A program made the position numbers and the translations under genes. A model generated the notes under the pieces. It did no database searches and was not told where the DNA came from. It saw only the letters and a list, made by a program, of their open reading frames with translations. From contig CADAFW010000011.1 in assembly GCA_902787295.1 (NCBI GenBank), forward strand, positions 1 to 36,319: a stretch of DNA of 36,319 nt. The letters are read 5' to 3'. The DNA comes from an uncultured Bacteroidia bacterium (GTDB lineage Bacteria > Bacteroidota > Bacteroidia > Bacteroidales > UBA932). Shown one piece after another: positions 9,370 through 16,897 of this stretch (position 1 is the stretch's first letter; each line of letters begins with the position of its first letter).

Positions 9370-10835
9370 GCCTTGTGCCCTCCGATCTGCTTGTTCCTTT
9401 CCTTCGCCGTCGCGCCTTCCTCGAAGTCCATTCCCTTGAGGATCGCGTTCTTGCCGAAGCGCCTGCGTATCTCGAGTATGGCCTCCTGCTGCTTCCTTTC
9501 CCTGTCGTCCGCGGCCTTCTCGCCGAAGAGGTCCAGTGCGGGTTCTCCGGCGGCCTGGCTTTCCGGTATCACGTGGTTTGCGCTGACGTTGATCCTGCGT
9601 ACGTGCAGCCGCTTGTCCACGTTGCCGTCGAAGAGGTCTGCCACCGCCTTGGTGATCAGCCTGGTGGAGGAAGTGTGCTTCCCCAGGTTCAGCGAGCCGT
9701 GGGCGGGTTTCGGCGCCGGGCGGCCGTACCAGTCGGTCACCAGCTGTCCCTTCCAGGCCCCTTTCCCGGCTTCCTTGACGACGTCGTTGTCATAGGCGAC
9801 GTAGAGCACTATCTGGTCCGTTACCAGGCCCTTGCTGACGAGGTCGAGCGCGAGCGCCTCCGCCATTTCCATCGCCACCGTGCGGCCTTCCCTGAACTCA
9901 TACGGGCGCTGCAGCACCTGGCCGCTGCTGAGGCTGTTGCTGCCCGGCCTGTAGGCCTTTATGTCCTGCATCGTGCAGGGCTCCCAGCCCCAGGCGTGGT
10001 CTATGAGCAGTTCCGCATTGACGCCGAACTGCCTGTAGAAGAATTCCTCCCAGGACGGCTGCGTGGAGCGGAGCGCCAGGTCCCCCATGGTGTGGATGCC
10101 GGCGGCCTCGAGCCTGGCCGCAATGCCGCGTCCCACCCTCCAGAAGTCCTTCAGGGGCGTGTGGGACCACAGTTTCCTGCGGTAGGACATTTCGTCGAGT
10201 TCGGCTATGCGCACGCCGTCCGCGTCGGCTTCCTGGTGCTTGGCCTCTATGTCCATCGCCACCTTGGCGAGGTAGAGGTTGGTCCCTATGCCCGCCGTGG
10301 CGGTGATGCCGGTGGTGGCGAGCACGTCCTTTATCATCCTGCGGGCCAGCTCCCGGGCGGTGCAGGAGTAGGTCCTTAGGTAGTCCGTCGCATCTATGAA
10401 CACCTCGTCTATCGAATAGACGTGGATGTCCTCGGGGGCTATGTATTTCAGGTAGGTGGCATAGACCCTGCTGCTGACCTCCATGTAAAGGGCCATCCTG
10501 GGCGGCGCCACGATGTAGTCCAGGCTCAGCGACGGGTCCGCCAGGACGGCCTTGTTGTCCGTGCTGGAGCCCCTGAAACAGCGTCCGGGAGCATGCATCC
10601 TGCGCCTGGCGTTGATCATCTTCACCGTCCGTATCACTTCGAAGAGCCTGTCCCTGCCCGGTACGCCGTAGGATTTCAGGGCGGGGGACACGGCGAGGCA
10701 GATGGTCTTGTCCGTGCGCGTCGGATCCGCCACCACCAGGTTGGTGGTAAGCGGGTCGAGTCCCCGCTCCACGCATTCCACGGAAGCGTAGAACGATTTC
10801 AGGTCTATGGCTATGTAGGACGGCTCCATGGTCAT
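9366..10835 (-). CDS. Y-family error-prone DNA polymerase (ImpB/MucB/SamB, UmuC/UvrX-like)
   Basis: YIAIDLKSFYASVEC, TICLAVSP, YSIDEVFID, GIGTNLYLAKVAMD, HhH FWRVGRG, C-terminal RNKQIGGHKA. Start ATG 10835 overlaps the upstream TGA. Confidence 0.93.
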   Translation of the reverse strand: MTMEPSYIAIDLKSFYASVECVERGLDPLTTNLVVADPTRTDKTICLAVSPALKSYGVPGRDRLFEVIRTVKMINARRRMHAPGRCFRGSSTDNKAVLADPSLSLDYIVAPPRMALYMEVSSRVYATYLKYIAPEDIHVYSIDEVFIDATDYLRTYSCTARELARRMIKDVLATTGITATAGIGTNLYLAKVAMDIEAKHQEADADGVRIAELDEMSYRRKLWSHTPLKDFWRVGRGIAARLEAAGIHTMGDLALRSTQPSWEEFFYRQFGVNAELLIDHAWGWEPCTMQDIKAYRPGSNSLSSGQVLQRPYEFREGRTVAMEMAEALALDLVSKGLVTDQIVLYVAYDNDVVKEAGKGAWKGQLVTDWYGRPAPKPAHGSLNLGKHTSSTRLITKAVADLFDGNVDKRLHVRRINVSANHVIPESQAAGEPALDLFGEKAADDRERKQQEAILEIRRRFGKNAILKGMDFEEGATAKERNKQIGGHKA

Positions 10836-11962
10836 TGTCTGGCCGCTGCGATCAGGTATTTCCCTCCGGCTATCCCGCATCCGAACACGTGGATGTCCGA
10901 CCCGGTGCGGCAGCCGGTCCTCGTCCTGAGTTCCTCGCTGCTCATAGGTATTCCCTTGGCGGAAACCTCCGCCCGCGGATATTTCTTCCCTATTTCCTTG
11001 AGGGAAGCCTTGTTCAGCGGAACTACTTCCATGATACGGAACTCCTTGAACAGTCCGCCCGCTTCCGGTATGGCGGAGGGGGCGACGTAGAGATGGGTCG
11101 AACTGCCGAGTTTCTCCATCCCGAAGCGGCTGCAGGGCAGTTTGAAAGCTCCCGCCTTCATCATCGGTGCCGTCGGTTCATGGAGCAGGAGGCCCTCCAG
11201 CCCTTCCGGACCGTGGAAAACCGCTTCCGCCGCCGCTTCTTCACCGGGATTGAAGCTGAATGCCTGCGTGCCGCCGGCTGCGTCTTCCACGCTTACGGTC
11301 CAACCTTCCCGCTCCTGTGCGGACAGCAGGCAGAGAAGTTCCTTCACCTCGCCTCCCAGGCCTACCACGTGCAGCTCGCGCAGATGCCCGCCGAAGCGGT
11401 TCGCGAGCATGCTGATGTCCGCCATGGGGGAGAGTTTCAGCAGTATATTGCCGGCGTTTTCATAGAGGAGGGGGAGAAGGGTGGCGATGTCCGGCCGGCA
11501 GTCTTCCAGGAGGAAAACCTTCTTGCCGAGGCCGTCCCTGCGGGCCGGGTCGGCATAGATCCAGTCCGGCTTGAACTCCCTTAGCGCCTGCAGCCACGGC
11601 CCGCCTTCCGGGGATACTTCCGCGTTCACGGTGACGATGCCGTCCGCTCCGAGGCGGATGAAATTGCGCGCGGCGGCTTCTTGCAGCACGGCGTTCCGTT
11701 CGAAATACAGCACGGCCGAGGCCCTGCGGGAGAAAGCCCAGCTGTCCACCCCGAGGCCGCCGGTGAGGTCCGCGATACGGCAGCCTTCCGGTATGAAAGA
11801 GGCCTTGTGGATGGCCGCGGCCGTGCCGGAACACTGCTCGAGGCATAGCGCATCCGGGAATTCGAGGCCGTCCACGTCCGCCCAACCGGGCAGTTTGGCC
11901 TCGACTTTCTTCCGCTGCAGCGCGGCGACGTCCCCGAGTATGTCCGCGAAACTTCTCTTCAT
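10832..11962 (-). CDS. Class I SAM-dependent methyltransferase with C-terminal THUMP-like domain
   Basis: LEQCSG, SAM motif IADLTGGLGVD, YADPARR, LLKLSPMADI, LHEPTAPMMKAGAF. Confidence 0.85.
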   Translation of the reverse strand: MKRSFADILGDVAALQRKKVEAKLPGWADVDGLEFPDALCLEQCSGTAAAIHKASFIPEGCRIADLTGGLGVDSWAFSRRASAVLYFERNAVLQEAAARNFIRLGADGIVTVNAEVSPEGGPWLQALREFKPDWIYADPARRDGLGKKVFLLEDCRPDIATLLPLLYENAGNILLKLSPMADISMLANRFGGHLRELHVVGLGGEVKELLCLLSAQEREGWTVSVEDAAGGTQAFSFNPGEEAAAEAVFHGPEGLEGLLLHEPTAPMMKAGAFKLPCSRFGMEKLGSSTHLYVAPSAIPEAGGLFKEFRIMEVVPLNKASLKEIGKKYPRAEVSAKGIPMSSEELRTRTGCRTGSDIHVFGCGIAGGKYLIAAARQ

Positions 11963-11972
11963 ATGCTTTTCA

Positions 11973-12025
11973 CAAATTTATTCATTTTTCCATTAACTTT
12001 CGGACGGAATGCGGCTCTAATTTTG
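11973..12025. promoter_or_regulatory. Divergent -7 boxes plus candidate ECF-type promoter
   Basis: TAAATTTG on minus (11973-11980); TAATTTTG on plus (12018-12025); TAACTT-N16-TCTAA (11994-12020) resembles the sigmaE/AlgU consensus GAACTT-N16-TCTRA. Confidence 0.55.
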
Positions 12026-12041
12026 TGAAAGCCGTTGCGGT

Positions 12042-12545
12042 ATGGACAGAGTTGACCAAAGATTCGAAAAGATCGTTCAGGAGTACAGCGAACCCCTGTA
12101 CTGGCATATCCGGCGGCTCGTGGTCAGCCACGAAGATGCCCAGGACCTGTTGCAGGATACGCTTGTGACCGTCTACCGCAAACTCTGGCAGCTCCGTGAC
12201 CCTTCGAAGGAGAAGGCCTGGCTGTTCCGCTGCGCCACGAACGTGGTGAACCACTTCTTCAGGCGCAAGAAACGGGAGCTCGGGGACCGGACGCTGGACG
12301 AATACCTGGAACAGACCCTCAGGGATTCGGAATACGTCAACTACACCGAGGCGGCAGGAGTGAAACTCCAGAAAGGCCTCCTCACGCTTACCCCCCAGCA
12401 GAGGACGGTGTTCACGCTGAGGTATTATGATGAACTGGATTATGGTGAGATAGCGCGCATAACGGGATCGAAGCCCGAGACCCTCAAGGTGAGCTACCAC
12501 AACGCGAAAGAAAAGTTGAAGAAAATCATTGAAGAAGATGAGTAA
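12042..12545 (+). CDS. ECF sigma-70 family RNA polymerase sigma factor
   Basis: Region 2 HEDAQDLLQDT...KAWLFRCATN; region 4 LTPQQRTVFTLRYYDELDYGEIA...TLKVSYHNAKEKL. Confidence 0.93.
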   Translation: MDRVDQRFEKIVQEYSEPLYWHIRRLVVSHEDAQDLLQDTLVTVYRKLWQLRDPSKEKAWLFRCATNVVNHFFRRKKRELGDRTLDEYLEQTLRDSEYVNYTEAAGVKLQKGLLTLTPQQRTVFTLRYYDELDYGEIARITGSKPETLKVSYHNAKEKLKKIIEEDE

Positions 12546-12825
12546 GAACAGCAGCAATCCCTTTACCGTGCCGGAAGGCTTCTTCGAGGAAGCCCGTTCG
12601 AGGGCGGTCGCAGGAGCCTCCGAAGTCAGGAGAAGAAGGCGCAATGCCGGAATCGCGCTCATTTCCGGCGCAGCGGCGCTGGCGATCGTGGTCGCGGCCG
12701 GAACGATGATGAGGTCGCGTACTGCGGCCAGGCTCTATGACGAGAGCGCCGGCTGGCTGGCGAGTGCCGAGTACGACGTATTCCTCGCCAACGAATTGAT
12801 TTATGAAAATGGAATGGATTATTAA
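12538..12825 (+). CDS. Small single-TM putative anti-sigma factor
   Basis: NPFTVPEGFFE N-terminal motif typical of proteins downstream of Bacteroidota ECFs; basic RRRRR then a TM helix; overlaps the sigma stop. Confidence 0.7.
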   Translation: MSKNSSNPFTVPEGFFEEARSRAVAGASEVRRRRRNAGIALISGAAALAIVVAAGTMMRSRTAARLYDESAGWLASAEYDVFLANELIYENGMDY

Positions 12826-12837
12826 TTATCGACAGTC

Positions 12838-13425
12838 ATGAAAAAGTTTTTTGCAATCGCAGCAGTCGCGCTGATGATGGCCGGAGGCCAGGCATTCGCG
12901 CAGAACAGGGACTCCAGGAAGGGCCCCGGCGGAGAGAAACCGTCCCGTGAGGAGATGGTGGCCAACATGAGCCGCAGGATGGCGGTGGAACTCGAACTTG
13001 ACGGTCCCACGACCGAGAAATTCATACCGGTCTATTCGGCATTCAGGACCGAGATCTTCGAGGCGCTCGCTTCTGCGCCGAAGGTTGGCAAGGATGCCAC
13101 GGATGCCGAGATCGAAGCATCCATCAAGGCCAAGTTCGAGGTGAGCCGCAAGGTCCTCGACATCCGTGAGGCATACTACGACAAGTTCCGTAAGGTCCTC
13201 AGCCCCAGGCAGGTCCGCAAACTCTACAACTCTGAGATGAACCATATGGGCGGCCATATGGGCGGCCGTGGCGAAGGCTCCGAGAGGGGCCGTGGCGGAT
13301 TCAACGGCGGGCGCGGCGACTTCAACGGACGCGGCGGACGCGGAGACTTCAACGGCGGCCATCGCGGAGATTTCCGCGGAGAATTCCAGGGCAACTCCGG
13401 AAACGTTCCCTCGGAGACGATCTGA
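12838..13425 (+). CDS. Exported Spy/CpxP-like helical protein with Gly/Arg-rich tail
   Basis: Signal peptide ending AFA-Q; MAVELELD...KFIPVY; LTxxQ-like VLSPRQVRKL; RG-rich C-terminus. Confidence 0.7.
   Translation: MKKFFAIAAVALMMAGGQAFAQNRDSRKGPGGEKPSREEMVANMSRRMAVELELDGPTTEKFIPVYSAFRTEIFEALASAPKVGKDATDAEIEASIKAKFEVSRKVLDIREAYYDKFRKVLSPRQVRKLYNSEMNHMGGHMGGRGEGSERGRGGFNGGRGDFNGRGGRGDFNGGHRGDFRGEFQGNSGNVPSETI
13288..13392 (+). repeat. Imperfect coding tandem repeat (RG[G/D]FNG units)
   Basis: TTCAACGG occurs three times; translation RGGFNGGRGDFNGRGGRGDFNGGHRGDFRGEFQG. Confidence 0.7.
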
Positions 13426-13439
13426 CAGATGATTTGAAA

Positions 13440-13503
13440 GACCGCGCAGGTGCGGTCGGCCGCTCCGTAAGCAAGGCTATGCCAGCATAGCCTTGCTTAC
13501 GGA
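13440..13503. terminator. Two intergenic hairpins, including a perfect 19-bp inverted repeat (terminator or REP-like element)
   Basis: GACCGC-N6-GCGGTC (13440-13457); TCCGTAAGCAAGGCTATGC-CA-GCATAGCCTTGCTTACGGA (13464-13503), followed by T-rich TTCCCATTTTTGTGCTTT. Confidence 0.6.
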
Positions 13504-13548
13504 TTCCCATTTTTGTGCTTTCCCGATTGATATCTCGGGAATTTTTCG

Positions 13549-13556
13549 TATTTTTG
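13549..13556 (+). promoter_or_regulatory. -7 promoter box for subtilase operon
   Basis: TATTTTTG matches TAnnTTTG; 6 nt upstream of ATG 13563. Confidence 0.55.
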
Positions 13557-13562
13557 AAAGTT

Positions 13563-15926
13563 ATGAAAAGAGCCCTGATAATGCCCTTCGCCGCGATCCT
13601 CCTGCTTGCCTCCTGCAACAGGGACAATATGGTCGCGGAGCCGGCCGGGATGGCCGGGGAGGACGCTTCTTTTGTCAGCGGCGTGCTGAATGTCAAGTTG
13701 GCCCCGGAGCTTGCGGCTCTCATCGGGGAAGGCGTGACGACCAAGGCTGGGTCCACGGTCACCACCGCCTCCGGGGAACTCGACGCAATCCTTGAGGAAA
13801 TAGGCGCCACGTCCCTCACGAGGCTGTTCCCATACGACCCTGAATATGAACCGCGCCAGCACCGGGAAGGACTGGACAGATGGTACAGGATAGAATACGG
13901 CAGGCAGACCCCGACCAGGGCCGGCCGGGGGATGGCGGAGACCGCCGGCGTGGAAATTGCCGAAATTCCTCTCCGCAGGACGCTCCACGCTGCGGCATTC
14001 CCGTTCAACGACCCCCTTGGCCCGTCCCAGTGGCATTTCTTCAATGACGGCACGCTGACGGAATCTTCCGTCGCAGGCGCGGACATCGATGTCTTGCCGG
14101 TATGGAAATATTTCACCGGCGGCAGTTCCGGCGTCACGGTGGCCGTGGTGGACGGAGGCATAGACGCGGGCAATCCCGACCTGGCGCCCGTCACCATCCC
14201 GGGCGGTACTGCGGGCAGCTGGAATTTCTGCACCGGTTCGCCGACGCTGGTCCCGGAACTCCACGGCACGCACGTGGCCGGCATCATAGGCGCGGTGAAC
14301 AATAACGGAAAGCTGGTCGGCGGCGTCGCCGGCGGCCTGGACGGCAACGGCGGAGTGCGCCTGCTTTCCTGCCAGGTGATGACATACGATCCCGAGTACA
14401 GCAGCGCCGACGACTGGTACGACCATACCATATTCGCCGAGACGGCGCCCGCCATCGTGTGGGCGTGCAACAGGGGAGCCCTCGTGTGCAACAACAGCTG
14501 GGGCTACGAATACAAGAACGCCTCCGCGGCCGCTGCCGGCAGGATCTCCGAATCCGACAAGGCCGCCGTGGATTATTTCATAAAATACGCCGGCTGCGAC
14601 AACGACGGCAACCAGCTTCCGGACAGCCCGATGAAGGGCGGCGTCGTGGTCTTCGCGGCAGGCAATGACGGCTGGGAAGGCGGCGCCCCGGGCAATTACG
14701 ATCCCGTCGTCAACGTGGGTTCCGTGGGACCCGACCTGAAGGTCTCTTATTTCTCCAACTACGGCAGCAAGGTGGACATCTGCGCCCCCGGCGGCAATTA
14801 CAAGCTCGCCGGACTGGACGAGGACTGCATCCTCAGCACGTCCCCGATGGACAAGGCCTACGTTGCCCCGACCTATACCGTGCAGACCGCGTGGATGCAG
14901 GGAACGTCGATGTCGGCTCCGGAAGTGAGCGGCGTCGCGGCTCTCCTCGTGTCATACTTCGGCGGCCCCGGATTCACCTGCGACGACCTTGTGGAACGGC
15001 TTGTCGGAGGTGCTGATGCACTTGCCTCGGCCAACGCCGGGAAGGCCGTAGGACCGCTGCTGGACGCATACGGTGCGTTCCTTTTCGGCACCGGCCTTCC
15101 GAATCCCGTGACCGGCCTGTCCGCTGAAGCTCCCGGAATGTCGGCCCTGCTGACCGCCACCGTGCCCGAAGGGGCCTCCGGCGTGCTTTTCGTGGTCTCG
15201 AAGGATCCTGCCGCGCTCGCGGACATCGACCCTGCTTCGGTCCCGGATACGCTTTTCAGCGTGTCGGCTTACGGCGCAGAGGGCACCCGGGTGACCGGCA
15301 AGATCGGCCTCAGCCCTTCTACGGAATATTATGTGGCGGCATTCCCGCGCCACCGCAACATCTACGGCGGGGTATCGCCGGCAGTCAGGTTCACCACCGG
15401 TGAGAACCATCCTCCCGTAGCGGGACGCATTGCCGACGTCCTTCTGGATACCATAGGAGTGAGTGCGTCGCGCTATGTCGCGGATGCATTCACCGACCCT
15501 GACGGGGACGTGCTGACGTTCTCGGCCATCTCCTCGGAAGACGGAATCATAGACGTCACGGTCTCGTCCGACTCAGTGAAGCTGACTTCAGAGGCGTTCG
15601 GACCGGCTGTGATCAAGGTCATCGCCACCGATCCGGGCGGACTGTCCGACACCTTGAGCTTCAAGGCGATATGCCGTGACGCCCACGTCGCCGCCGACCT
15701 CTACCCGATGCCGGTGAAATCGGTGCTCAACATAGCTCCCGGCACGCTCAAGCCCGTTTCCTATACCATCTTCGACCCTTCCGGCAAGCCGGTCCTCTCC
15801 GGCTCGGCGGAATGCAGCAGTTTCACTCCCGCGAAGGTCGATATGTCCTCGTGCGTCCCCGGCATCTATCTCCTGAAACTCGTCGTGGAAGGGGAGGAGC
15901 ACAGCTTTAAGGTCGTGAAGATATGA
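13563..15926 (+). CDS. S8 subtilisin-like serine protease, lipoprotein, with FN3/Ig-like domains and T9SS type A C-terminal domain
   Basis: MKRALIMPFAAILLLASC lipobox; VAVVDGGID, HGTHVAG, AAGND, QGTSMSAP; NHPPV...FTDPDGDVLTF Ig-like repeat; CTD LYPMPVKSVLNI...IFDPSGK...PGIYLLKL...FKVVKI. Confidence 0.92.
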   Translation: MKRALIMPFAAILLLASCNRDNMVAEPAGMAGEDASFVSGVLNVKLAPELAALIGEGVTTKAGSTVTTASGELDAILEEIGATSLTRLFPYDPEYEPRQHREGLDRWYRIEYGRQTPTRAGRGMAETAGVEIAEIPLRRTLHAAAFPFNDPLGPSQWHFFNDGTLTESSVAGADIDVLPVWKYFTGGSSGVTVAVVDGGIDAGNPDLAPVTIPGGTAGSWNFCTGSPTLVPELHGTHVAGIIGAVNNNGKLVGGVAGGLDGNGGVRLLSCQVMTYDPEYSSADDWYDHTIFAETAPAIVWACNRGALVCNNSWGYEYKNASAAAAGRISESDKAAVDYFIKYAGCDNDGNQLPDSPMKGGVVVFAAGNDGWEGGAPGNYDPVVNVGSVGPDLKVSYFSNYGSKVDICAPGGNYKLAGLDEDCILSTSPMDKAYVAPTYTVQTAWMQGTSMSAPEVSGVAALLVSYFGGPGFTCDDLVERLVGGADALASANAGKAVGPLLDAYGAFLFGTGLPNPVTGLSAEAPGMSALLTATVPEGASGVLFVVSKDPAALADIDPASVPDTLFSVSAYGAEGTRVTGKIGLSPSTEYYVAAFPRHRNIYGGVSPAVRFTTGENHPPVAGRIADVLLDTIGVSASRYVADAFTDPDGDVLTFSAISSEDGIIDVTVSSDSVKLTSEAFGPAVIKVIATDPGGLSDTLSFKAICRDAHVAADLYPMPVKSVLNIAPGTLKPVSYTIFDPSGKPVLSGSAECSSFTPAKVDMSSCVPGIYLLKLVVEGEEHSFKVVKI

Positions 15927-16897
15927 GAAAGCGCATCATACCGTTTCTGATGCTCCTCGCATCCGCGTTCTCCGCTTTCGCACAATCCGGGGAAGGCTCC
16001 GGAGTGGCCCTGGGGAACATAGGCTTCACCCGCGATCCCGTATCGCTCTCGATGGGCGCAGTCTCCGCCGCGGTCCCGTCCTTCGCCATGTCGGCGCTGA
16101 CCAATCCCGCCTATGCCCCGTTCGGGGACGGCATTTTCGATTTCGCGCTGAGCGGCGGAATGTGGCAGCCCGGCAAACCTTCCGGCACCACCGGCATCAG
16201 TTTCGGCACCGCCGGCAACCTGGACGACCGTTTCGGCTATTCCTTCGGCGCGGGCAGCGACCTCGGCTCGCCTTATACCCTTATGGACGAAGACGGCTAT
16301 CCTGGGGAAAGCACTACTCCGGGCCAGATGTTCATCGCGGCAGGCCTCGCCTACAGGTTCCTGGACCTTTTCAGCATAGGAATAGGGGGACGGTACTATA
16401 ACCAGAGCCTTGGCCCCGTGGCGGCTTATTCTGCCTTTGCCGGCAATGCATACGCGATGTTCGTGCTGGAAGGCCTCCGGGTCACCGCAGGCGTCAGCGA
16501 CCTGGGCGGCAGGCTCGCCGGGACGTATTCCCTGCCCGCGCAGGCCGTCGCCGGCGCGGCATATTCCCACACTTTCGGCGAGGACCACGGGGTGGAAGTA
16601 GCCGCCGAGGCGGGCTGGTATCTCCACGGTGCCCTCCGCGCCGGAGCGGGAGCCTCCTATACCTGGAGGAAGATGATAAGCGCCCGCGCCGGCTATATCT
16701 ACGGCGGGGATTCCCCGCTTCCTGATGCCATCACCGCCGGTCTCGGATTCAGCTTCAAGGGCATCCACCTGGATGCCGCATACATCGTGAGCAAGGGCCC
16801 CGCCGGGAACAGTTTCACAGTAGGAATAGGATTTAAACTACATAATAAACAACATGAAAGAATACGAACTGAAAGCGATGAGCTGGCTGGAAGGTGA
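15923..16897 (+). CDS. PorV/PorQ-like outer membrane beta-barrel
   Basis: Signal peptide ending AFA-Q; N-terminal DPVSLSMG...NPA motif as in PorV/FadL-like barrels; amphipathic strands ARAGY, AGLGF, LDAAY, FTVGIGF; ATGA-coupled to the subtilase. Confidence 0.8.
   Translation: MRKRIIPFLMLLASAFSAFAQSGEGSGVALGNIGFTRDPVSLSMGAVSAAVPSFAMSALTNPAYAPFGDGIFDFALSGGMWQPGKPSGTTGISFGTAGNLDDRFGYSFGAGSDLGSPYTLMDEDGYPGESTTPGQMFIAAGLAYRFLDLFSIGIGGRYYNQSLGPVAAYSAFAGNAYAMFVLEGLRVTAGVSDLGGRLAGTYSLPAQAVAGAAYSHTFGEDHGVEVAAEAGWYLHGALRAGAGASYTWRKMISARAGYIYGGDSPLPDAITAGLGFSFKGIHLDAAYIVSKGPAGNSFTVGIGFKLHNKQHERIRTESDELAGR

Noticed and set aside
8950-10840. Prophage/ICE boundaries around the PolY-YolD cassette
   Set aside because: No integrase, att-like direct repeats, terminal inverted repeats or visible compositional shift
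9366-11962. Restriction-modification system (this polymerase family is often mislabelled DNA methylase)
   Set aside because: The 9366-10835 protein has Y-polymerase catalytic motifs; the methyltransferase is THUMP-like, and no endonuclease is present
13288-13503. CRISPR array
   Set aside because: Repeats are short, in-frame and coding; the palindrome is single-copy in the window; no spacers or cas genes
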